Assembly: GCF_001194135.2 (NCBI RefSeq)
Contig: NC_068981.1
Location: 118,833,962 to 118,873,958 of the forward strand
DNA: 39,997 nt
Origin: Octopus bimaculoides
Lineage: Eukaryota
Reading direction: 5' to 3'
Made by a program: the position numbers and the translations under genes. The notes under the pieces were generated by a model. The model saw only the letters and a program-made list of their open reading frames with translations. It did no database searches and was not told the DNA's origin. Positions 11,228 to 22,357 of the stretch are shown piece by piece (the first letter of the stretch is position 1; the number at the start of each line of letters is the position of its first letter).

Positions 11228-11578
11228 AGAAGAAGAAGAAGAAGAAGAAGAAGAAGAAGAAGAAGAAGAAGAAGAAGAAGAAGAAGAAGNNNNNNNNNNN
11301 NNNNNNNNNNNNNNNNNNNNNNNNNNNNNNNNNNNNNNNNNNNNNNNNNNNNNNNNNNNNNNNNNNNNNNNNNNNNNNNNNNNNNNNNNNNNNNNNNNNN
11401 NNNNNNNNNNNNNNNNNNNNNNNNNNNNNNNNNNNNNNNNNNNNNNNNNNNNNNNNNNNNNNNNNNNNNNNNNNNNNNNNNNNNNNNNNNNNNNNNNNNN
11501 NNNNNNNNNNNNNNNNNNNNNNNNNNNNNNNNNNNGGAGGAGGAGGAGGAGGAGGAGGAGGGGGAGAAGAAGAAGAAT
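11228..11578. repeat. (GAA)n and (GGA)n purine tracts flanking gap 11290-11535
   Basis: Direct reading; 246 N in the middle. Confidence 0.97.
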
Positions 11579-11691
11579 CTGGGATTCTCAATGTTTCGAT
11601 GCCATAACACAAGCCGATATTCTAACAATCAAGTATGATTGTTAGAGTTTGCTACAATGTAGAAGGGACACAAACGAAATGAAAAAGTATA

Positions 11692-11985
11692 CGAGGTGTG
11701 TTCAACAAGTGCCCGATTTTGAGGCATAAAAAACAATTTTGCACAGCTCACAAATTTTATTTAATCACCTTCAAAATACCCACCTTAGGAGTTCACACAC
11801 TTCTCCTAGCGGTTCAGCCAATCCTGGCAACACCTCTAGAACGCCTTCTCTGAAATGATATGGAGCTCCGCATAATTTCGTCTCACGACTCAACTCGATT
11901 CCCTTTCAGCGTGGTTTCCAGTTTGGAGAAGAGCGAGAAGTCACACGATGCCAAGTCAGAAGAATAGGGAGCCTGTCGAACAAGT
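11692..11985 (-). mobile_element. Mariner 3' fragment (second family)
   Basis: TA|CGAGGTGTGTTCAA terminus. The minus strand encodes QAPYSSDLASCDFSLFSKLETTLKGNR (YSPDLAPxD motif) and a frameshifted EKCVNS*GGYFEGD end. Confidence 0.85.
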
Positions 11986-12900
11986 AGTGTAACAAGTAGT
12001 TTTTTTTAATGCACAGTGCTGACTAGAACGAAGGAAGGATAAAGGTGGCTCTGCTCTGATTGGCTATATGTAAATGAGTTCATTACTGGGGCCCGGAACT
12101 CTCGTCGTAAAAAAATTCGCGAACCGCTGAGGCGTTCTACTTCGGCAAGTTTCCGAATTCGTTATGATAACCAGAATAACAGTTTGTTTGTTTTTTATCA
12201 GATATATTTGCGAGTGGAACTAAATTAGCCAAATCTTCATGTTGGTAGTACTTGAAAGTGAATGTTGTTGTTTCTTTAAAGTCCAGGCCGCAAGTAAACT
12301 TTTAATATCGGCGCGTTTTATTGTTTGGGGGCAGGAGTTGCTTACATAAACTAACACACGCACACATACATTAATGCATACATGAAGCCTATCTCTGTCC
12401 CTGTGTGTCTGTCTCTGTCTTTAGATGTGTGTGTATCAATGTGTGTGTCAGTCGTCACAAAAATTTATGTATACTGACAGACACGTACACTGTCACGCAC
12501 ATATTATACTTGTCAGTCATCGGCCTAACGTAACGAACGCGCGAACACACTTATATAGAAAAGGTGACTTCATCGTCGTTGTGGTGGTGATATAAAATGT
12601 CGTTTACGATAGATAACTAAAAGAAAAATGATAATGTTAGATTTTTATAATGCAAATATGTGAATGAAAATATAGTTTAGTTGGTAGCCAAAAGCTTACT
12701 GAATCTTTTGATACTCCATATGTTGATATCGGCAACTCGGTTTTGGAATGCATGAGGAACATACGCAGGCACACACACACACACACACACACATACAAAC
12801 TCCCTTTTATAAATATAGATTATAGATTTATAGATATAGATATATATCCTAACAGTATATATACATAACCTAACTGTCGGTGATTCACTCCATTTTACTA

Positions 12901-14194
12901 TTGGGTTGGTGCGTAATTATTGCGGCTTTTTTCAACAAATTTTATTCAACAAAAACAATAACAACATGTACCAAAAACATCTTTAATTGATTATTCCGGA
13001 GCATATTCACCATCTGCTTCAATTACTGCTTCCCACTTGCTTGGCAGACGTTCGATTCCACGGGCGAAGAAGTTATTGTTCTTAGAGGCAATCCACTCTT
13101 TGATGGCGGCCACCAAGTCATCCAAGTCGTCGGAAACTTTATTCGCGAGCCAATTTTCAGCGATCGATTGACGTGATAGTCCGTAGGCGCTTCTGTGGGA
13201 GAATATGGCGGATGAGCAAACAGTTCCCAGCCTTTATTAGTGATAGATTCGACAACACAACGCTCAACATGTGGACGCGCATTATCGTGGTGGAAGACGA
13301 TATAGTTCTTTTCGCCCGGCCTTTTCGTCTCTATTGCAGCGTGAATGCGGTCAAGTTGAGCTAGATAAACGTCGCTGTTGATATTTAATTGCCGCTTGCC
13401 GTTTTTGTCCAGAATCCGCCACTACTGACGCTTATCGACGTCATTCCACCAATAACAAATCCCGTTTGAGATGATTTCCCAATGAATGATTCCGCTTCTG
13501 TCCCACGAAACGCACCACATTGCCATCTTACAGTGGACGCCTTTCGGTATTCCTTTGAGTGAAACACCTGGCGAAACGCAAACCTTTCTTTTTACGTTTT
13601 TGAAGAGAAGCCACGATTCATCCCCAGGGACGAGATTCTTCATGAACGGAATTTGCTCATTTCGCAGCAGCAAATCGGTAACAATTCGGACACGTTCGGC
13701 TTTGTTGTAATCGGAGGGTTCATGGAGGACCCACCCAGCCAATTTCCATATTTTTCCGAGCTTTTTGAGGTGACGAACGATGGTCGAATGGTCCACATTG
13801 AAGTCTTCGGCCAACATTCTCGTTGTCAATCTTACGTCCTTTTCCACGGCTGCCGAAAGTGCCTGGTCGTTGAAATTTTATGGTCGACCTCTTCCCTTTT
13901 CATCTGCGAGGTTTGTATCGGCCGATTTGAACTTCCTAAACCATCTTTCAACTTGGCTTTTGCTGATTGTTCCTTCACCAAAATGTTCATTGAGATCACG
14001 AAATGATTGTGCTGCATTCCAACCTTTCTTGAAGTGGTAGAGCATAATATGACGAATGTGGATATGATTTTCGATACGCATTTTTATGAAAAAAAGCCGA
14101 CCGTCATTTAAAGATGTTTTTATTAAATATTGTTATTGGTTTTGTTGAATAAAATTTCTTGAAAAACAGCCGCAATAGTTATGCATCAACCCAA
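12901..14194 (-). mobile_element. Full-length mariner (DD34D) element, 1294 bp
   Basis: TA TSD at 12899-12900 and 14195-14196; ~90-bp imperfect TIRs (12901-12990 / 14104-14194); transposase between them. Confidence 0.96.
12991..14081 (-). pseudogene. Mariner transposase pseudogene (2 in-frame stops, 1 frameshift near 13160)
   Basis: HTH N-terminus (HIRHIMLYHFKKGWNAAQS...), WVLHE (cf. WVPHEL), GDESW (D1), HHDNARPH (D2), YSPTEAPTD (D3) with 34 residues between D2 and D3; ends KWEAVIEADGEYAPE*. Confidence 0.95.
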
Positions 14195-16850
14195 TACAAT
14201 GGATGGTGGGATGGTATGAGGACAGAGGGTGACACTAGATTCTCAGTTTCTCGTGTTTCTGTATTGAATGTCAATTAACATCTATTATTATTAACTATTC
14301 TTTGTCATGTTTCAATCAATGAAGATGAACTTGTTTATTTGTTATGACTACATTGGATATTTCAGTTCTCGTGACGAAAGACATAATATAGATTCCTTTA
14401 TAGTAGAATATTCTGTTATATTCAGATCTCACTAAGTGCTTGTAATCCAGCATAATCTGTTAGAAATCTGGTTTACAGAAGCTAACGCAGCACACTTATC
14501 AGGCTTGCCTGATGAGGAGGGATGCTAGAAACTCAAGAAGATAAGAGTCTTACATTGAGCGACTCTCTAGCAATAGATGCAACCAAAGTGAGACTAAACT
14601 CAAGCATAAATCTTAATTATGCGATTATGGTTTGGTATATCGCATTGCGATTATCTAGGTTGTGAACTCCAGTTTGGATATACGATCCGCTTAGGCATAT
14701 TTTGTAGAATTGATATTATCCGACAAGGTGAACTTCCCGTTTGATGCTGGTCATGCAGTAAAATCAGTATCGATCTCTTTAGGTTTTTGCATCTCTACCT
14801 TTCCTAGTATACATTCTTTTGTATCTGGCAGGTAACACAGATAGAAAGAGAGAGTGTGTAGGCATTGTACACACTACTCCACTTAAAATCAATTCATTGA
14901 GCGATATTAACTTTATTGCGCCTTTGTTTTCTAACGTTCATACATCGTTCCCCACAGGAGAGTTCCTCAGCATTCTGATTGGAAAGTAAAAAATTAGGGA
15001 TGGATCTGACAACCCCGCTTCCCCACGCTTTTCGTTTGGCCCACAGTATTTTAATCTTTTGTCGCATCTGTATGTGCGTATGTAATTCTATAAAGTGCTG
15101 TTTTTTTTATCCACCTTCATACTCATATCTATGTGCCACATAACATTTTAGGCTGTCATCGTCTCTATATCTGCATGTTTGTTTGAGATACTGATTTTAT
15201 CGATCTCGCTTCTCTAACCCTTTCACTGACCAAGGCAAATTCAATGGCTTTATTCAAAACGCTTTTCCTATTTACTGAGAGCTATAAAATATACAGAGCA
15301 TTTGCTTTCGATCTTTTCTTTGTCTTTAAATGTTACATATATGCATGATGTTATATATATGCATGATGACACTTATGCCTCTCGAGATGTGTGAAGATAT
15401 TTTTATTAGTCGGACGTTCTTGATCCACGTATGGCTCATATTTTACATAACCGATAGATAGTTTCAACGAAATTACTTTACTGCATTTTATTTCCATGTA
15501 TAATTTCGAATTTATATATAAAATTTCCTGTATATTTACAAAAGGACATTTTTCATTTCAAGTACAAAAGCTTTAATTTCTTAGAATTATACCAATAAAT
15601 ATGCATACCACGTCTTCATTTCATTTTCCTGCGTTTTGATGACCACATATGGTTTTCACTTGAAACTGTCATATTTTATAAGCATGATAAGTCTCAACAA
15701 ACTATACTTCATACGCTCAAGAAAGATACATCACTTTATCTGAATGAGATTTGAGAGCCACATATGGCTATTTATTATCATAGCTATATCTCTATGTGGT
15801 CATTTGTATTTTCCTGTCCAACTTTTTTGTCTTTCCTTTCTTCACCTAGCCTCCTTAACTTCTCTCCATCTTACAGCAACCCTTTTGCTTAACCAGCCAT
15901 AACACCTTCACGAAGAACAATTACAAAATATCATATCTCACTCCTCACGGCAAATAAACTTCCTTCGACATTATTGGCTGATTTTTAACGGTGTAGACTT
16001 AATGTTTCCAAGAAACACATGAATTAATTTTGAAATTATTACCGTAATAAAGAAGATGAGTTAAAATTTTTAAATGCTTGAAAATATTTGAAATCATAAG
16101 AATAAAAGTACAGATATTTTTGTTACTTAATGATCAACATATATAATTACTGTTACATGTCATTTTCTGTTATATTGTGGATCACACTGTGAATATTTCA
16201 ACCCTGTTGACTTCTATGTACATACTGTATCAAATCGGATTAATGATACGTAAAAATTGCTGTGATAATTACTTGGAAGAAATTAAATGATTATGGCGCA
16301 TTTACACAAATGAGCACAATGGTGGTTAAATGGTTATACGGGAACAACATGTTCTTTAATTGTTAATATGTATTATTGAGTTACTGTTTTTAAAATACAA
16401 ATATTATCTTTATTACAATTTCTTCTTTAAATTATGGAGCTACTTTGTGTAAGAATTCACCGATTTACTGTTCGTCGTAGAGATTGTTTTACAATTTAAT
16501 TTGTAATATATTCATCGCTGTAATGCAGACATTAACAATTGACACTTCAATATATATGTTATTATTTTAAAGAGTAAACATATTCAACACAACCAAATTA
16601 TTCCATAATGAAAGTATTCGTTATAAATTTGGTACGCACCGTCAAAAATAATCCTGAAACGTTGTTGGTTGATATTTTCATTACTATGTGGTTAAAATTT
16701 TGCTGTCTCAGTGAACCGGTTGCTAAAAGTTTGCCAGTTCTTCACTGAATACAGGTATTTGTATATCATTGACATTAAACGTTATGAAACTGAGAATCCG
16801 CACGTTGAGTGCATACTGATAATGTGACGAAACATTTCGCTTGGGTTTTC

Positions 16851-16855
<5 letters not shown>

Positions 16856-16888
<33 letters not shown>

Positions 16889-17170
16889 ATGAGAATGTGC
16901 GTCTGTCTGTCTGTGTGAATCCCTAAAACTTGAGAACTGCACAACCAATTTTCATTCAAATTTTACACATGCCTTACTTAGGGTCCATGTAGTGTCATAG
17001 GCAAAAAAATTTTTTTAACTTCTTGCCTACTGCGAGCCCAGAGCAATATCATATCTCTTCCACTATTTCAGTATTATGTGTCAAAAGTGAAACAATAATG
17101 TATTATAATGTCAGATATTTTCACTTTAATAGTTTCACTTTAATACTGAAACTATTAAAGTGAAACTATT
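16856..17170 (+). mobile_element. Probable non-autonomous Helitron/HINE-like 5' fragment
   Basis: (TA)n-ATAAAGATGAGAATGTGCG-(TCTG)n-...AAAACTTGAGAACTGCACAACCAATT...AAATTTTACAC resembles the start of the element at 18221. No 3' hairpin/CTAG was found. Confidence 0.5.
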
Positions 17171-17234
17171 ATCTCACATATATACAGGTATACATACATA
17201 CATGTATATAATATATATATACTATGTATATATA

Positions 17235-17430
17235 TATTGTGACCGCGTGTTTCGTTGACGATTTTCTTTCTCCGTCTGCCATTCTTTGGACTCTTTCTAT
17301 ATTTCTGATGAAGAGCTCCGCTCGAAACGTGAAATCCTCTTTCTTTTCTTTCCTTTCCTGAGTGTCCAATAACACTGCACTTATTCCACATCCTCGCGTT
17401 GTTTTTTCTTGCTTGTTCATGTTTGGCTTG
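17235..17430 (+). mobile_element. Penelope-like element terminal (pLTR) remnant
   Basis: Pyrimidine-rich segment containing a hammerhead core. The PLE-hammerhead association is established; the assignment here rests on the motif only. Confidence 0.55.
17301..17335 (+). ncRNA. Minimal type I hammerhead ribozyme motif, probably inactive (G17)
   Basis: ATTT-CTGATGA-A-GAGC(TCC)GCTC-GAAA-CGT-G-AAAT: stem I ATTT/AAAT, complete core, stem II GAGC/GCTC, palindromic ACGT stem III. Confidence 0.75.
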
Positions 17431-17760
17431 ACTATATATGCATACATCTGCACAAATGTATATATATAGATGTATATATATACATGTATATATGTAGATG
17501 TATATATATAGATGTATATATATAGATGTATATATATAGATGTATATGTATACATGTATATGTATAGCTGTATATGTATAGATGTATATGTATAGATGTA
17601 TATATATATATAGATATAGATGTATACGTATACATGTATATGTGTAGATGTATGTATATATATATATATAGGTGTACATAATATGTACACATATATATAT
17701 ATACATATATACATGCATACATATATACACCCATACACACACACACGCACGCATATACAT
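17430..17760. repeat. Complex TA/GATGTA low-complexity minisatellite
   Basis: Repeated GATGTATATATA(TA) units. Confidence 0.9.
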
Positions 17761-17765
17761 AGGTG

Positions 17766-18066
17766 CAGGTGTGGCTGTGTGTTAACAAACTCGGTTCTAA
17801 AATTGTGTGATGATTTGGCATGTGTCTTCTGCTATAGCCTCAGGCCAACTAATGAGTGGATTTTGTAGACAGAAACTGAAAGAAATCAATCGTATATATA
17901 TGTACGTATATATGTAAGTATATGCGTGTGTCTTTGTCTGTGTTTCTTCCTCATCACTGCTTCACAACTGTTGTTCGTTTATTTACATCCCCATAACTTA
18001 CTGGTTTGACAAGAAGAAACTGATAGAATAAGTACCAGGCTTATCAAAAAAAAAAAGCACTAGGCA
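17766..18066 (+). mobile_element. tRNA-derived SINE, family B (diverged, deleted)
   Basis: GTGGCTGTGTG...TGTCTTCTGCTATAGCCTC...GTAGACAGAAACTGAAAGAA is homologous to the reverse complement of 26963-27117. Its 3' part GATAGAATAAGTAC matches the fragment at 31205-31275. Confidence 0.75.
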
Positions 18067-18124
18067 GTGTTTTATTTATGTTTGCCTTCTCAGTCGTATC
18101 TATCAATTTATCCTTTTGTGTCTC

Positions 18125-18169
<45 letters not shown>

Positions 18170-18220
18170 ACACACACGCACGCACACATATATACATGTA
18201 TGTATGTGTGCATATTCATA

Positions 18221-19893
18221 TCTATTATATAAAAGTCAATGTGTTCGTGTGTTACTTATACATTCGAAAACTACTGCACCGATCCCAAAGAAATTTGGAA
18301 CACAAAATCCAAGCAAGGGAGAAGGGTAATGCTGTGTGTTTCATACAATTTCATGGACCAAAATTACTGAATGGATCCTTATGATATTTGGAACTTAGAT
18401 TCAATGCATAAGGGCAGGTATAATGCAGTATGTTTGGTTTGAATTTGAGATGGCTTAAAAGGCGTAGAACCCCCATGAAAATTCATAAATTTTCGATGTC
18501 GATGAAATTTCAACCATGGGTAATTGACACACATCAAGAAATATTCTCAAAGTTTCCACTTCTCATGAGGATTCTAAGACACCTAATGGGGGCCTTAACT
18601 CTCATGTTTTAGTCATTTTTTATGATCCAAAACTATGTCAAAAGTACTGAATGGATCTTTATGAACTTTGGAAATTATATTCTAGGCATAAGGGCCATAA
18701 CCCCCATGAAAATTCATATATTTTTGCTGTTAATGAAATTTTAACCATAGATATTAGACACAAATGAAGTAATATTTCTAAAATTTCATCTTAGAAGTTA
18801 GAAAGACCTCTTCATGGGGACTTAACACCCACAATTTAGTCATTTTATCTAAGCAAAGACGAATATAGTTGTACTCTTGGAAGCTATAGAGTTACCCGAG
18901 CACATAATATGAGCGTTATTTGTAATTCAATGGTACAACAGTGTAAGAGTTTGCTTTGAGATATACTTAGATTGTGATTTCTGCAATGTGGTGCTTAAAT
19001 CGTCAAGTAAATGAGAGGCATCTTTGCCTCCACTGATTCAGTTGCAAAGTGTTGAGTAAAGTTATTTCGTTGTAGACCTCCTCCTTTGAGTCTCTTTATT
19101 ATCACTGGGTCACACATAGTCCCCAGATGGTAACATTGATTTCAAGGCCTTCCCAGATGAGTGACTGGTTATTCAAAGACAGTTATAGATTGTAAATTTA
19201 TTCTGTCCAGTTACCTATCGGTATAGTGGTCAGTTGCAAACTCCAGAGGCGACACTTTCATTTCCCCTTAGCCCTCACGTCACACAGTTGTTAATGTTTA
19301 ATTCAGTTGGGTCACGCCCTTCCAATTGATATAGATCCGTAATGCATCTTATGGCTGTGCCTGTCACCTGTATGGTGAGGAATTATACATTGGAGAGTAG
19401 TAACGACTAGGGTAGGGTAGCTGACTGCTTATTGTGATGATTCATCTTTTGGTTTCCTGTAGCTTGCCTCTCTTTTACAAACCCAGTGAACATATCTTTC
19501 CTATTTCAAAGAAATTCGAACAATAGATATAAGTCCCAAGTTAAAAAGATTCTCATCAATTGATCTTCTCTGGTTGACATTAAGGCACCCACCCCCATTA
19601 GAGGCCTTAACTCCCACATTTTAGAGCTCAATGACCTCCATTTTACAGGAGCAAGATCCTTTTAACAGGTTCCATAAGACTGGAATTTTGGAATCTGCGC
19701 ATAAAGATCAGTAGTATAGGATACATGTGTCAAAATAGAATTTTTTAGGGTGTGTAAAGAGGGAAAGAACCCTCATCTGCAGTTTTGATGAAATTCGAAT
19801 CATACATATTCCTGTTCATTAGAGAAAATATAACAGAAAAGTCTAATTCTTTCAATTGCATGTAACACGGGCAACGCCGGGTATGTCTGCTAG
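18221..19893 (+). mobile_element. Non-autonomous Helitron, apparently complete (1673 bp)
   Basis: A|TCTATTATATAAAAG at the 5' end. The 3' end has an imperfect GC hairpin CACGGGCAACGCCGGG, an 8-nt spacer and CTAG|T (19890-19894). Internal imperfect subrepeats at 18361-18640 and 18641-18850, with a partial third copy near 19600. Confidence 0.8.
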
Positions 19894-20406
19894 TCAAAGA
19901 ATAAAGTTGTTATACGTTTAGATTTATGTAACCATGTGAGATCAAAGGCCCATGTTAAGATCTTAGGTATGATCACGTATATTACTATACATACATGTAT
20001 ATACAGTGCATAGTTTAGGCTGGTTTAAGCAATATATAGCTTATCAAAAGATCATTTTGCTTACCCCTGATGCCACCTCTGAGATATCTGAAACTATATT
20101 TTGGATACAAACTTGTCGTCGTGTACCTACTTCTCAAAACCTCCAGTAAATGTCTCGGATTTAGGGATATCGTTTACAGGAGTTTACGTATACTTTACGG
20201 GGTGGGAGCGCTAAGCGCTGATGTGTATAACATGAAGAAAATTTATCGCTGTAGACAAATAATATAATACACCAAAATCAGCTAGCAGTATCACCTACTC
20301 AGACTGCAACCATTTCAGTGTGGTTATCTCCCCTTCCGTCACAGACACCGGATAGGGTGCGCTGCGAGCTAATAAAAGAGATTGTCTCACTAATGATATA
20401 CCAGGC

Positions 20407-20465
20407 ATGTATGTAGGTAGGTAGGTAGGTAGGTAGGTAGCTAGCTAGCTAGCTAGCTAGCTAGC

Positions 20466-20541
<76 letters not shown>
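20407..20541. repeat. Compound tetranucleotide array (ATGT)2(AGGT)6(AGCT)7(AGAT)~18
   Basis: Direct reading. Confidence 0.97.
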
Positions 20542-20631
20542 CTGGACACACATACACGCACACATATACATACATTCATACATATATAGATGTACAATCG
20601 TGCATTTACTAATATATACGTAGAATATTTA

Positions 20632-20740
<109 letters not shown>

Positions 20741-21554
20741 AACTGCAGCAGCACAGCAGTAACAACAACAGCAGCACTATTGAAGGAAAAGAAGTAAAAT
20801 GGCAAAGTTAAAACTAGCAACAAGATTAATTATGGCCAGCGTAAATAAAACCAACAAACAAATCGTAGAATGGGAATTTACAATGACATTAACTGTGATT
20901 GTAACAAAATGAAATGTGACAGCACAGCAAGAGAAATAGTATTTCAACGATAATATTAAGATACAAATTTTTTATTATTTTTGAAGTTCTGAGGAGAAAT
21001 CGATATATATACATTCACAGGCCATAAGTTTTATTCAGTAGAAAAACATTCTCTCATGATGGTCTTCAGATAATCGTGTGACAACGACGACACTGACTCT
21101 ACGTAGTTAGAAGAATTGCTTGAAACGGTAAGTAAATCTCTCGGTCCTCTGGGAAAAGCAAAAGCGATACATTGTATGATGTAGTTTCAGATCATCATCC
21201 GGACTTTCCTGGACCAATAGATCATATTAGTCCTTCAGTAGCTGAATATTGCATTTGCGTACGCTATGATTAAAAATAATAGCAGTAATTTGCTAACTAA
21301 ACTGGTTGGCTACTGACAGCTTTTGCTGATTGCTCATCCGCTCGGCACCTAGTGATATTCGCCATTGATTCAATACATTTGCTCGAATAGTTTACATACA
21401 CCAGGCTGCATCCGGTGATAACAACGCAACGCTGGCTAGAGCGGTTACCGGGTGCCAGGCCTTGCTTAGCGGTCACCCGTGATTTGGTCCGGGACCGTTT
21501 ATTTTCATATGCACAGTTAATCTCTACTTACATGCTAATTAACGCATAACTGGT

Positions 21555-21695
21555 ATCTTGATAGGTCTTTCACTCCGGTTTGGTGTAGATCTGGGAACAA
21601 TAGTGGCTAAGAGGTGGTTCCATATTCCACAAAATCCTGGAACTCCCGAGCCATGACCCCAATATCGGATGCAATTTGAAGTAATACCCAATCAT
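21555..21695 (+). repeat. Diverged copy of a common interspersed repeat (family uncertain)
   Basis: CACTCCGG..TG..GATCTGGGA..AAT...GAGG..TTCCA.ATTCC..AAA.TCC..GAACT..GAGCC...GATGCA.TTT...TCATACCC resembles a recalled retroposon segment. It has no second copy in the window. Confidence 0.35.
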
Positions 21696-21757
21696 GCATA
21701 ACCCATGTAAAGACGTGATGGTCACGGTTGGAATGTCCGAGATCGTAGATCTGCTCA

Positions 21758-21831
21758 CTAGAGGCGTGCTATCTAGAGGCGTGCTCACATTCTAGATTCC
21801 TATCTAGAGGCGTGCTCACATTCTAGATTCC
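21758..21831. repeat. Perfect 31-bp tandem duplication plus partial third unit
   Basis: TATCTAGAGGCGTGCTCACATTCTAGATTCC at 21770-21800 and 21801-21831; CTAGAGGCGTGCTA at 21758-21771. Confidence 0.97.
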
Positions 21832-22293
21832 TAGACCGGAAGTTGTGTTGTATTCTTGAAAACAAGTCCAAAACGTTTTATTTCTTATTGTTCCAGTCTA
21901 TTCAGCTAGAAATAGGTAATCGAGCAAACGGGTGGGGTTTCTCTCTGAGACACACAAACCACTTGTTCTATATGTATTATTACATGAGTTTTATTTGAAT
22001 TGAAAGCAAATAACGACCAGATTATATAATTAAACTGCAAGACCTGATTACTATATTTGGTGCACAGCGTTCATATAGCCTACCCTGATATACGTTCATG
22101 GTATATTTGCGCATTCGGCTCATGCTCGACATGAAGTGCAGACGAGGACAGCGGAATCAAACTCCCTTATACACCAAATGGACCAACAGCTGGGACAGAG
22201 GCACATACTGGAGTGGTAATGTGAAACACCCTAGACTGAAGAAATCAGAAGAACCACGGTAGTGCTCCAGCTTGGCCGAAACTAGTAAAAGAG

Positions 22294-22296
<3 letters not shown>

Positions 22297-22357
<61 letters not shown>

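Noticed and set aside
12991-14081. Domesticated SETMAR-like gene
   Set aside because: No SET domain; TIRs and TA TSD are present, and the frame has stops and a frameshift, so it is a plain transposon copy.
14509-14549. Hammerhead-like CTGATGA...GAAACTC...GAGTC
   Set aside because: Core, stem III and a GUC site are present, but neither stem I nor stem II can be formed.
17155-17868. YI/CV/TH, poly-N/Y and poly-Q/L ORFs (also 20457-20823, 31573-31959, 36202-36408)
   Set aside because: They are translations of microsatellites, with no evidence of coding.
21020-21134. Coding exon ending at the consensus donor ACG|GTAAGT
   Set aside because: The frames I checked upstream of the donor are closed by stops; at most a non-coding exon.
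21758-21831. CRISPR-like 31-bp direct repeats
   Set aside because: No spacers, only two units, eukaryotic context and no cas genes.
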